This document shows, in pieces, positions 13,831 through 25,897 of a stretch of 64,000 bases of DNA. Under the pieces are notes generated by a model, which had not been told where the DNA came from, did not search any database, and saw only the letters and a list, made by a program, of their open reading frames with translations. Position 1 is the stretch's first letter. The number at the start of each line of letters is the position of its first letter. Where the stretch lies: the NCBI GenBank assembly GCA_951406725.2, contig OX597816.1:29078001-29142000 (forward strand), read 5' to 3'. Position numbers and translations under genes: made by a program. The DNA comes from Octopus vulgaris. Lineage: Eukaryota.

Positions 13831-14449
13831 TATCTTGACAAAATTTGTTTAATTCTCAGTTGGGATGAAAAATATAATTCTCACATTATTTCAGTCATAA
13901 AGTTATATTGCATTTCTAAATATCAGCAATATTCAATAAAAATGTCAATGCAATGAATAGTATAACTAGATTTAGATACGTCAAATTCAATTCCCAACCT
14001 ACAAAATTTATCTCGTATATTTTCCTGATTACTATACGAAATGGGTACTAAAAAGTTCAGTGTAATATTTCGCTCAATCAAATCGATTACAATGCTTTTC
14101 CAAAAACATACCTTACGTTTAAACAAAAACATAGGACATTATATAGCACAAAACAGTTTGTTTGTTTAGGCATCCGAATACAAGAGATCACAGAATTACC
14201 AACGATATATTTGCTGCAAAATTCAGAAAGTAGTGACTCGTCATCATTCTATCGTACTGCTAACTTCGCATCATTTTATTTTTCATTATCAAATATGATG
14301 TATGATTTGTAACAGAATAAGATTTATATTCAAAGAAATATAGAAGATATTTCTAAACGGAGATCTCGTAGTATTTAGAAAATTGCATATGTATGTGTGC
14401 AAGCATTGGAATGCCTTATAAAATTTAGACCGTTATATATGACTTATAC
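13831..14449 (+). repeat. Local ~620-bp duplication, copy A (copy B 19051-19670)
   Basis: Roughly 95% identical by eye; parallel ORFs 13923-14132 and 19143-19460. Confidence 0.95.
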
Positions 14450-14774
14450 CAGTTCTAAACTATAACAATAATTTGTGGGACCCATTTCATATTTATGCAT
14501 TTTAGAGAGGAAGGTATGTAAATATTTACGCATCAAGATACTGCTGTTATATAATATCTACGGAATAAGTAACACACACATACACTCACCACCTCTCCCA
14601 CATATGTAAACAACCCCAAAGACTGTAACATACGAAGAGCGACTAGATAGGTCTTCTGTATGATAACTGAAATTATGTATCATTTTTTATCATAATAGCA
14701 TTTGCTCCAATTAGAGGGACTAAATCTAAACAATTGTTCAGATTTAGCCGGTCTAATTGAAGAATATATTATTA

Positions 14775-14828
<54 letters not shown>

Positions 14829-14882
14829 CACTTATTATATACAAGAAGCATTTACATTTTTGATATTGAACTATATAAGTCT

Positions 14883-15905
14883 ATGATTAGGAAGGAATTA
14901 CGCAGCAAACATAGAGACGCTAGTAACGACGTATTAAAAATAATTAGCAAAACACGGCTACAAATCGTCAAAGATCTAGCCATAGATGATGGAACTGAAC
15001 CCTACGTTCCCCGAAAACCTCGGAGTTTTCTTAAGGATAATAAACCTAACTTTCTTATTAACCCCTCAGTTAGATTGATTTATTCCTGTAAATCCTATAT
15101 AAGCATTGTTAGTAAAAAAAATCATTTATAGGGTAATATCCGTCCTTAAGTCTAAAATTAGATTAGTCCTCTGGTCAGATGTTCAAAAGGTGGTTGGATG
15201 GTTTAAGCTTCTAGAAATTAGTAACAATAGTAAATTCTTGCAACTTGATATAGAGAGCTAGTATGCCACTCTCAACCCGATCGTTCTTTATCAAGCCCTG
15301 ATTTTTAGCACGTAAAATTCCGATTTCTCCCGACGCGATATAGATATAATTGCCACGCGAGCCACTGTAGTATATTTTGATGGTAGATTATGGAGTAGAT
15401 TAGATAGGGAGAATGCATTTCTCATTGCAGAGGGCTCACGTGATTTTGCTTAGGCCACTAACCAAGTCGGAATATATATCCTTTCATTAATACAGTCTCC
15501 CTTTCCGGGAGTAACAGGGTGTCTATATAGGGATGATGCCTTATTTTTCTAGACAGAAGCAGTAAAGTACAGTTAGAAAGGCATAGGAAAACTTTCTTTA
15601 GGCTTTTTAAAATGAATTAGGACTAAATTTTGCTATAGGTAAAGATTATTGTAGAGTGAACTTTCTTTACGCAACCTTCTGTCTTGATTCTGGATTATTT
15701 GAACCATCTCATAAGCTAAATGATCATATTAAGTGCATTAATGTAGCATACAACCATCCACCTTCTATTATACGGGGACTAGTTAAGAATAGTTATAAAA
15801 GAATCTCTATATTATCTGCTAACAAAATTTTTGAATCGCATGCTTATTATTATAATGTTGCTCTAGCTAGGGCTGGGTACCGTGAAAAAATCCAATATAT
15901 ACAAG
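14883..15905 (+). mobile_element. Decayed Penelope-like retroelement RT (Naiad-like)
   Basis: FLKDNKPNFLINPSVRLI..KSYISIVSK; FLQLDIES.Y; LYRDDA catalytic motif near 15523-15540; YNHPPSIIRGL..KRISILS..YYNVALARAGY; multiple stops and frameshifts. Confidence 0.85.
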
Positions 15906-16117
15906 AAGCAGGCATGCACAATACTGCTGTGTACATTGTATACCACCACAACGTTACTGTTTGAGAACTCACTCAGATGAAGAATACATGCCTGAAATAA
16001 TTGTTCATATCAATGAACTACTAACGAAAACCCATAGAAACACGCCACGTAATAATTCAACTGCTTGTTCCAATACTGTACAGCAATTGTCGTGATTAAT
16101 AATAAATTCTCATTCGT

Positions 16118-16287
16118 GGTTACAAAAGTGACGGAGGGTGCCGGGCAGCACCGCTTACGCTAAACATTGCCGGGGACATACATCCATTTGTAATTTATTA
16201 AATTAGTGTGGTTTGTGGCTTTAGGGCTAATTTAACTTATTTTAGCATAATCGGTGCTGACCAGCACTCTCAGTAACTTTTGTGACC
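16118..16287. mobile_element. Small foldback/MITE with ~47-bp inverted arms
   Basis: GGTTACAAAAGTGACGGAGGGTGCCGGGCAGCACCGCTTACGCTAAA versus the reverse complement of the right end GGTCACAAAAGTTACTGAGAGTGCTGGTCAGCACCGATTATGCTAAA. Confidence 0.75.
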
Positions 16288-16301
16288 TCTCTCTCCTTCT
16301 C

Positions 16302-16367
<66 letters not shown>

Positions 16368-16369
16368 TT

Positions 16370-17250
16370 ACATAGAAGGTACGATGAATGAACTGTCGTC
16401 TAAATTACACAAAAATGAAAATAAGACCGACATCTCATTTTAAGAGATATATGTGCCAAAACTACATAAATATATCTTGAATTACTAAGGATTAAATTTA
16501 TTCAATAAAATCGCCATTGGCTTGGCACATTACCTCCATACTTTAAGGTATCCTGCAAAGTTTCGGGATGGTCTACTTCTTTAAGTTGATGAACGCTGCC
16601 ATAATCGTTGCCTTCAGTTCATCTTAGGTGTTACAAGGAGTTTTCTAGTTTCTTGCTCAACTATGCCCCCCACACAATCATCAAGGGTTTTTCAGTCTGG
16701 GGAGTTAGGTGGCCGGACATTAGAAGTGATGTGGTCGCAGAAATTATCTCAGTGCGATGACTGTTTGTGTAGTATGGTGCAGAGTCCTGTTACCAGACAT
16801 AGTGTCTTCCAGTAGCCACCATCTAGACCCAGGGCAGCACTATATCCTCCAGGCACTTGATGTAGGCCTCGCTGTAGAGTGAGAGGCCTTGTGGGAATAT
16901 GAATGGAGGCATAACGTCGCCATCATTAGTGATCACTCCAAACACCATGATGTTGACTGGATGTTTGATTTTTATCACTCTACTGAGGTACATGTCCTCA
17001 GATTGCACTGTCCTCAGACTGACAGACAATCGCTCCGAAATGTTCGTATTGGAGCTCACGGTGCGAATGCCAAGCAATGCAGCATGTCATTTCTAGATTT
17101 CTAGCAGAGAGAATTGCGTCATGGTGCGTTTTTTTGTCACAAACGATGCACAACTGCCCCTACTATACTGTCTAGATAACAAAATCAAATCAAAAGCAGA
17201 CAATGCGCCTGCCCGAAATAAAAGCAAAATAATATGTTGCACGCTATGTA
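16370..17250 (-). mobile_element. Decayed, internally deleted Tc1/mariner-superfamily (maT/DD37D-like) transposon
   Basis: ISERLSVSLRTVQ (HTH), KHPVNIMVFGVITNDGDVMPPFIF, AYIKCLEDIVLPWV, QDSAPYYT and PPNSPD motifs. Confidence 0.85.
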
Positions 17251-17251
17251 T

Positions 17252-17326
<75 letters not shown>

Positions 17327-17331
<5 letters not shown>

Positions 17332-17725
17332 TGTACATTGAAACAAGTATGTGGCATACATCATAGAACTCTTTGCATACTAGAGAGGACAGTTAAATTC
17401 CAAATCATTATTAGGGATAAATTTTAGAAGGGTATGAAAAATGAAAACATTTACCATGTAACTCCTGGACCAACGGTTTCAGACCTTTTTTTTAGCAAAT
17501 AGAATCTAAGGTGTACCTGCTGAAGAAGACTTTGCCTAGCAAAAAATATTTTATTAGCTAAACAAAATTCTGAAACCATTGGTCCAGGTGTTAGATGGTA
17601 AATATTTTTATTTTTCATTCAGTTCGAAATTTTAACCCTAATAGTGGTTTGGAATTTAACTGTCCTCTCTAGCGTGAAAAGAGTCCTATGATGGACTCCT
17701 CTTATGTGTTGAAATGTACGCTGTA
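17327..17725 (+). mobile_element. Palindromic PLE-derived non-coding element: HHR-bearing unit (17506-17725) preceded by an inverted 5'-truncated copy
   Basis: About 160-180-bp inverted arms (TACAGTGTACATT...GGTTTCAGA / TCTGAAACC...AATGTACGCTGTA); adjacent to (TA)n. Confidence 0.85.
17515..17590 (+). ncRNA. Type I hammerhead ribozyme, apparently intact
   Basis: Stem I ACCTG/CAGGT; core CTGAAGA 17520-26; stem II AGACTTTG..TAGC/GCTA..CAAAATTCT; GAAA 17572-75; stem III ACC-ATT-GGT; GUC cleavage triplet 17582-84. Confidence 0.8.
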
Positions 17726-17870
17726 TCCATAGGAATAATATATAGTCTATTGACTAAATTTTCACACGCTAGCCCATTAGTAATGGACATTCGTAATATT
17801 TCCAATTACCCTTTTATATTATTAATATACGTATGTATATATGTATGTATGTATATATATATATATATAT

Positions 17871-17927
<57 letters not shown>

Positions 17928-19050
17928 TACATAGGAATTAAAATTAACATATTTATAAATGGGAAACAGTGGAAAATGGAGAAATTGACATGCAGACAAC
18001 CGTTTATTTAAAGATATTCAAATCGATGGAATGAAATTTCAGTCCTACAGTAGTTTCTATATCCGGTTAGTTCAATCACAGAATTTAAATTAGATCAAAT
18101 TAATTTTAATTAAAATTTCATGTTGAAACTGATTAATTGGGTATTTCACCAGGGAAGAATTGTCCAAAGAGAGTTACATCTCAACTTGTTGTTTGACCTA
18201 CGACAGACTCAGATGATTGCATTGCTTTAAAAGAAACCGCTATTTTCATATACATACATATAGGTAAATACGTTTGATGTATTTGTGCCCATGCATATAT
18301 AATACATGATGGTTTTTTATAAATGGCGGTGTTGGAGTTAGCACGGAAATGATGTTACATGGGGAGGAGAGAAGTTTAAACGAGTTAAAGAAGAAGATGG
18401 AGAGAGAGAGTGATGGTGAGGGGTGTACCATTCATCAGTTAGTTGTGCATGTGTTTGTTAAAATAGTGGAGACAACAAAAATTATGACGCTTCGAAACTA
18501 TTAGTTAATTACCATATAGGTGTTGAGTCATCAATATCTGTGCGTAAATCTACGGTCAATATAATCTGTGTATACAAAAGCAAAAACTGGATATTGCCAG
18601 ATACCATTTATAGATAATTTATATTAAAAGAAAATATACTAATGTAATTACTATTAAGATATGCTTTATCTCAAATTTAGTGTTATAAATTATTATAAGA
18701 ATTTCCACGATATATTTTTGAGAAACGTGTCTAATTGAATCTATAGTAAAACACCAAAACATTGTAACATATAGAAGACTTAACGTCCATCTGTACCATT
18801 TAATTAAAATATTATATTATATTAAATTATATTATATTATATATATTTCATCAATATTATAAATACTACCTATTTGTTAACGCTTATCATCAATGATGAT
18901 TATCTATTTAATGGTAGTTTTTAAGAGTCTATTTACATACGTGAACACATGAAAAACAAGTCTCTATTTTAGCATTTAAGAAATATCTCCTAGAATATTA
19001 GATCAAAAATAATTCTTCCTGACAGAAAAAGCTATAGGAGTTTCAAGGCT

Positions 19051-19670
19051 TATCTTGACAAAATTTGTTTAATTCTCTGTTGGGAGGTCAAATATAATTC
19101 TCACATTATTTCAGTCATAAAGTTATATTGCATTTCTAAATACTAGCAATATTCAATAAAAATGTCAATGCAATGAATAGTATAACTAGATTTAGATACG
19201 TCAAATATAATTCCCAACCTACAAAATTTATCTCGTATATTTTCCTGATTACTATACAAAATGGGTACTAAAAAGTTCAGTGTAATATTTCGATCAATCA
19301 AATCGATTACAGTGCATTTCCAAATAACATAGCTTACGTTTAAACAAAAGCATAGGACATTATATAGCACAAAACAGTTTGTTTGTTTAGGCATCCGAAT
19401 ACAAGTGATCACAGAATTACCAACGATATATTTGCTGCAACATTCAATAAGTAGTGACACGTCATCATTTTATCGTACTGCTAACTTCGTATCATTTTAT
19501 TTTTCATTATCAAAAATGATGTATGATTTGTAACAGAATAAGATTTATATTCAAAGAAATGTAGAAGATATTTCTAAACGGAAATCTTGTAGTATTTAGA
19601 AAATTGCATATGTATGTGTGCGAGCATTGGAATGCCTTATAAAATTTAGACCGTTATATATGACTTATAC
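19051..19670 (+). repeat. Local ~620-bp duplication, copy B
   Basis: Matches 13831-14449. Confidence 0.95.
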
Positions 19671-19700
19671 TTTGAAATATTATGAACAAAAAAACTAAAA

Positions 19701-20780
19701 GCAGTTTTCTTGCTTACAATCTCCCACTCCACACAAAAACATTTTTCTTCTATTTCAAGTTCCAAATAAATTTACTGAGGCTAGTAGAAGAAGACTGTTC
19801 TTATTATTAAAGATGTAAACATGGCTAGGGACGTGTTTCTTTAGAAAACTTTGCGTGGCCCCTATATAGAAGGAACCTTTACCCTCAGATGGAATCTTAC
19901 ATCTGTAAACGATATTCTTTTCTTGACAATAATTTTTAAATAAACATTCACATCTAACTCTGAAATCACAAAATCACATTTTCATTAGTACTCGTATTAT
20001 TACTCTGTTTCACGTCATTACATGCAGTATAATTGTTTCTTCCTATTTTATCTACATTCAAGAGTTTGTGATGGGATTTAACACGGGTTGTTTCCCCTTG
20101 TACACTAGACGTCCCAAATTTACCTACAATAATAGCGTTTATTCCATTGGTATTACTATTATGGCGTTTACTACTATTAAAATTATAAAAATTAAATAAT
20201 TTTCTTTCGTTAATTGAATATATAATCTGACATACATTATTACATACGGAATAACTAATTTTAAGATGCCATGGGTGAATCATATCATAATATCTATATT
20301 CATTTGTAAAGTCTATAGAGAAGAGTTTGTAGAAGTTCTCAATCAAATTATCCTTAATTCGCTTAGCCAATAGAACTATGAACGAAACAATGTCGTTTTT
20401 ACCAGGAGATGCATTAGAATTTTCAAATTTTCGAGCATTATTGAATATATAAGGAGTTTGTTCCTTTATCCCGTTATCCGTATGTGTGATAGTATGCGGA
20501 CGATTAGAAGAACGAATTAATAGATTGGTTCTTATATTTTCTGTATCATTTTTCACATTTGGACATTTAACCTTACCTACTCTATGCCTACTCCTATTCG
20601 TTGCTATTTGATTAAAGTCATTGCTAATATAGGAAACATCTATGTTGGAGGTGCTGATGTCCATAGGTTTAGGGTAATATTTTATTCTTATGATTGCATC
20701 CAGCTTTACTAAGAACCGCATTATAATAATCGACATTTTTGTCAAAAATATCCTTATCACACGATGAATTAGAAATTCTT
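19701..20780 (-). mobile_element. Penelope-like (Naiad-like) fragment: RT C-terminus, linker and GIY-YIG endonuclease
   Basis: KRISNSSCDKDIFDKNVDYYNAVLSKAG; linker LKISYSVCNNVCQIIYSINERKL (inside the 302-aa ORF); after frameshifts CDFRVRCECLFKNYCQ, NIVYRCKI..FYIGATQ and STSLSKFIWNLK. Confidence 0.88.
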
Positions 20781-20939
20781 TTTGAAATATTATGAACAAA
20801 AAACTAAAATATCGTATGCAGTTAGCATCAGCATTTTTTTCGCAAATCGACCACCGATTCATACGCACATACAAACGTACTTACTTGTAGATGCACACAC
20901 ATACACAGAAATATATCTATACATACACACACACACACA

Positions 20940-20999
<60 letters not shown>

Positions 21000-21155
21000 A
21001 CATTAATGTGTATAGGTATGGTGATGCAAAAAGAATAGTAGAACTCAAAATATGTGTTTATGTATATTTTTCTTAATTTATTAATATTTTTGCATAAAGA
21101 ACAACGTGATTCAAGGGCAGAGAATTTTGTAAGTTGGCACTTATAAGTGCATATA

Positions 21156-22372
21156 TTAGGTCGTGAAATATGAAATTTGAAGTAATGTATATGGGAAATT
21201 TGACAGCTGCTCCTTTTGCGCTATTATTATATTTTGACAATCTTTATTCTAACTCATTTCGTGCTTCATAAAGTATTTAAAAATCGTTTTTTTGCTATTT
21301 TTGTTTAGAGATGGATAAATCGGAAATTTGTACTGTTTTGAAATACGAGTTCTTTCGTGGAAATACATCACAGACAGCTCGGAGTCTTAATGGAATATTC
21401 TAATGTCATTACAGAGGAGAGAGTAACAAATTGGTTTGTAAAATTTCGTTCTGGTAGCGTTGACCTAACTAATTAGCAATGCGGTCCACCAGAAACAAAT
21501 GTTGATAATGACAATCTGAAAGCCAGCGTCGAGTCAGATCCATCTCAAAGTGCTCGTGAATTATCGATGTTGTTTGGTGTTAGCAAGCAAAAAATATTGA
21601 CTCACCTAGTTCAAATTGGTAAAGTGAAAACGTTAGGTAAGTGAGTTCCACATTAAATCAAAACCAGCAATGTTTAGAAGCCTGCAACATGGTACTTTCT
21701 CCTCACATAAATGCATTAATTTTTAATTGAATTGTAACATGTGGTGCGAAATGCATCCAATAGAACAATATTAGGTTGAACAAAGCACAATGGTTGGACA
21801 AAGACGAGCCACCAAAACACAGTCCAAAAAGCAAAATTTACCAAAAGAAGCTGATGGTGTGTATTTGGTGGTCTGGCGCAGGTATGATCCATTAGGATTT
21901 CATTAAACCTGGTTCATCAATCATAGCCGAAGTATACTCCAGACAACATGATCAAATGATGCAGAAACATACAAAAAAATGCAGTCTTGATAAGTCAACA
22001 GATTCACTCTTATTTTATTGCAAGACAACGCCAGACCACACATCACATTGGCGAAACTACAGGCGTTGGAGTTAGAAGTTCTCCATTATCCACCATACGT
22101 ACCCGATCTTGCCTCCACCGACTACCACTTCTAGAATTTGGATAACCTTTTGATAGGAAAAATATTAATTCCGATGATTCTGTAAAACAGACCTTCCAAG
22201 ATTTTATTGACTCTATATAGCCAGGCTATTACAGTTCCTGGCTGGACAAGCTACCGCTGAAATGGCAAAAGTGTGTTATGGGTGTATGTTTTGAGAAATA
22301 AAAAGCTATTCCTTGAATTTATAAAACATTAGCAAACTCTTTCCTTTTCTACAAATTTCATACTTGACGACC

Positions 22373-22375
<3 letters not shown>
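21156..22375 (+). mobile_element. Full-length decayed mariner transposon
   Basis: TIRs TTAGGTCGTGAAATATGAAATTTG / CAAATTTCATACTTGACGACCTAA; MDKSEI start at 21311; QDNARPH and HYPPYVPDLASTDYHF motifs; many stops. Confidence 0.93.
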
Positions 22376-22436
<61 letters not shown>

Positions 22437-22446
22437 TCATATAAAT

Positions 22447-22648
22447 GCAGTGTACATTTAAACACATAAGAGACATCCATCATAAGACTCCTTGCACGCT
22501 AGGGAGGATGGTTAAATTCCAAACTACTATTAAGGATAAAATTTTGAAGGGAATGAAAAATTAAAACATTTACAATGTAACTCCTGGACTTTCTTTAGCA
22601 AATAGAATAAATTGCTAGGCGAAGTCTTCTTCATCAGGTACACCTTTA
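22447..22648 (-). mobile_element. Second (monomeric) copy of the 17.3-kb HHR element, ribozyme partly deleted
   Basis: Matches 17506-17725; retains GGTGTACCTGATGAAGAAGACTTCGCCTAGC but lacks the GAAAC/stem III segment; lies between (TA)n tracts. Confidence 0.8.
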
Positions 22649-23158
22649 TATATATATACACACAAAGCAATCCAGTATATGCCCCGTGGTTATGCATTCT
22701 AAGTTTTCAAATTAGCTCCATGTCGGCAGTAAATATAATGCCGGCTTTTCAATTCGAAAATTATGCAGAACATTCATCAATAATTAATAATAACAAAAGG
22801 TAATCAGAAATATTTGAAATTTCCATTAACAGTGCCATAGCTTGTAAAAATTTAGTCAAAAGACTATATATTATTCATATAAATACAGTGTGCATTTAAG
22901 AGGCATCAATCATAGGAGCCCTGATGAAGGGGAATATTGTTTATGCTGCATGTCTCGTTTAACTGTCTTTATTCTATTGTTCGAAAAAGTCCGTTTTCTA
23001 TGTTTTCGTTTTATGTTTTCGTTTCTCATTTTGTTTAACGTTTTTTTAAGTCCTGTACCCATATATGCATGTATATATGCATATATATGTAGGTATGTAC
23101 ATATATGAATGTATATATGCATATGCTTATATATTATTTTTATTATATATATATATAT

Positions 23159-23466
23159 ATGACAGTGTATATGATGAAGGGAACGCTGGCAGGATATTTT
23201 AAAAAATATAAACAGTTAAGTGCAATTTAGAAAAAGAGGTGGGGGAGAAATAAATGATCAGAAAACCAAGAGTGTAGAAGTGTAGAGTGATAGCTTTATT
23301 ACCATTCTTCTATCGCTGTACATTTCGCTACTCTTGGTTTTCTGCTAATTTCTTTTTTTATCCGCCTCCTCTATTTCTAAATTGCATTTGACGTTAAATT
23401 TATTAAAGTAATTTTCTTTTTAAAAAAATAACTTGCCAGCGTTCCCGTCATCATATACACAGTCAT
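23159..23466. repeat. Long imperfect inverted repeat (about 135-155-bp arms) abutting a hammerhead
   Basis: TGACAGTGTATATGATGAAGGGAACGCTGGCAGG...GTGATAG / CTATCGC...CTTGCCAGCGTTCCCGTCATCATATACACAGTCA. Confidence 0.85.
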
Positions 23467-23500
23467 TACATTCGGCTTATTGAGGTATTTTGTTTGTCTA

Positions 23501-23590
23501 TTTTCCCTGATGAGAAGATTGTATTGTTTTAGATCATTATATACCCTCTGGAATAATACAAATGATTTCTTCGAAACATGTGTCAGAAGT
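23501..23590 (+). ncRNA. Minimal type I hammerhead ribozyme (PLE type) with long stem II
   Basis: CTGATGA 23507-13; stem II GAAGA-TTGTATTG-TTTTAGA / TCTGGAA-TAATACAA-TCTTC; GAAAC-ATGT-GTC with palindromic ACATGT; the first stem I pair is a C.A mismatch. Confidence 0.72.
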
Positions 23591-24246
23591 ATAAAGGTTT
23601 GAATATCACCTGGCGTTTAATTCCATTTCTTTATTATCTGTGTACAAAAACATTTCACTAAACCCTGTAAATTCTACCTTTATAAGTAGCCTGTAACATA
23701 CTTGGTACTTATATGAATTTTTTGGTATCTATATATTTTTCCGTGTTATTTTTACGCATTGAAAATACACACATACACACGCGCGCACCCACATACACAT
23801 ACACGCATATAATTCAAAAGAGGTGTCGCAAATAAACATACGAATATATACTAAATACACAGACGAACAAAAAATAGAGAATGTCAAAAACTCATCTTCA
23901 GTTATCGGCAATTCCGGCCATTATCGATAATATTGCTTCTTGTTCGGACGCACCGCCAAGGAACCTGCCGGGAATGTGACCAAAACATAACAAAACGGGA
24001 CAGGCTCGAGACAAGCTCGAAACTAGGCGGTTAGTGGACGGACGAGGGACAAAAAAATAAATACAATAAAGGCTGACAGCTACATGGATACAACAATTAA
24101 AATTTTAACAATACATATACAGCAAAAAAAGCCATAGGGCTGCAAGACAAGACAGAATTGGGTAAAGCGAAGGAGGAATGAATAATTGTCCTAAAGGACT
24201 ATAGACACGGGAGGGTAGTGTGTGTGTGTATGTGTGTATAGACACG

Positions 24247-24314
<68 letters not shown>

Positions 24315-24635
24315 CATGCATATACATACATTAGAAGGTTTGGAGATGATGTACAGGTATTGTATATTAGAAGAAATAAGGTACTCAGAAATCTGGATGA
24401 TTTTATATTTACAGATATTTATTAATATGTCACATGTTTTTATAAATCATATATATTCGAGTTTGCGTCAACTCTAGTGGAGTCGTCAGATTGAACTTTT
24501 TCAAGACTTTTGTCTCGTTTTATAGTATTATTGAGTGTGTAGGGGTGGAGAGAGATATAAGATAGTACAAGAGGGTGAGGAATGTGGATAAAGTGAGAGA
24601 GAGTGCGTGTTTGTGCTTTTTTTTTTGAAAGACGT

Positions 24636-24992
24636 TCAATGGAAAAGAGAAGGAAAGGAAGAAGGAAGAGAGAGAGAAGAAAGAAATGTGTTGACATCTT
24701 TGCAGCTGGTCAGTCTTTCAATAGTAAATGATTTTTGGCTTTTAGAAATGGCAAACCCAGCTGGTCACTTCAAGGGGGTTAAAATGTCATTTTTCAAAAA
24801 AATTGTTTGGATTTCTTTTTATCATTGTCTTGTGAGAGTGTGTGCGCGTGCGCGTGCGTAGGTGTCAATGGAAAAGAGAAGGAAAGAAAGAAGGAAGAGA
24901 GAAAGAAGAAAAAAGTTATTGATATCTTTGCTGCTGGTCAGTTCTTTCAATAGTAAATGATTATTTGCTTTTAGAAATGGCAAACCCAGCTG
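24636..24992 (+). repeat. Two ~128-bp direct repeats (24636-24763, 24865-24992)
   Basis: TCAATGGAAAAGAGAAGGAAAG...GGCAAACCCAGCTG occurs twice. Confidence 0.9.
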
Positions 24993-25043
24993 TAAGATAT
25001 CCATACATATACATACATACATACATACATACATACACACACG

Positions 25044-25148
<105 letters not shown>

Positions 25149-25812
25149 ATATATATATTTTAATACGTGTACATTTATTTACATTAACTATATTGCAAAG
25201 TGAAATATATTGCAAATTGTGTTTGAAATATTAAGATATTGGATTTTAATTTCATGTAGCAAAACCTGAGTTTTGATATTAGCTTTCAATGCCGGAAGGA
25301 TATGAAAAAGAAATGACAGGAGAAGAATGTTAAACGTATGATTAAATAAACGCTGAGAATCTTTAGTGTTTGAAGCTGTTATTCGGTGATTTCAATAATA
25401 CAAAATACTTTCATTAATCTTAGTCTTTCCCGCTTTATCATTTTAACTGCTATCATTTTTGTATTTTATGAATGTGTCTCTATTTGTTTCTCCATATGTC
25501 TCGTTTCTAGCATTCAGTTGATTTTTTCCATGAAAGATTATTAACAGTAAACACATATATGTAAGACTTATTTCAGATATCTGTAGTTTGATCTAGGAAT
25601 TTATTGCGTATGAAATGGAGATGTATTTTTAAACTTTCATTTAAGAAAAAAAAAATTATTCAGAAAAGATATATTCAATTGTATGTCACTACTTTTTTCC
25701 TATGTAAGTTCGTTAGAATCCATTTGTCGGCACACTTGGTATATTTTCAAAAATCTAGAATTATTTGTTTGTACCATGACAAAATTACTTCAACTCTACT
25801 TCGAATTTTTAT

Positions 25813-25897
<85 letters not shown>

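Noticed and set aside
19966-20874. 302-aa ORF as a novel host gene, or its TGA as selenocysteine
   Set aside because: It is the PLE RT-EN linker. The Cys motif continues in another frame, so the TGA follows a frameshift and does not sit at a Cys position
22915-22990. CTGATGAAGGGG as a hammerhead core
   Set aside because: No matching stem II 3' arm or GAAAC-N-GTH follows; at most a pLTR remnant
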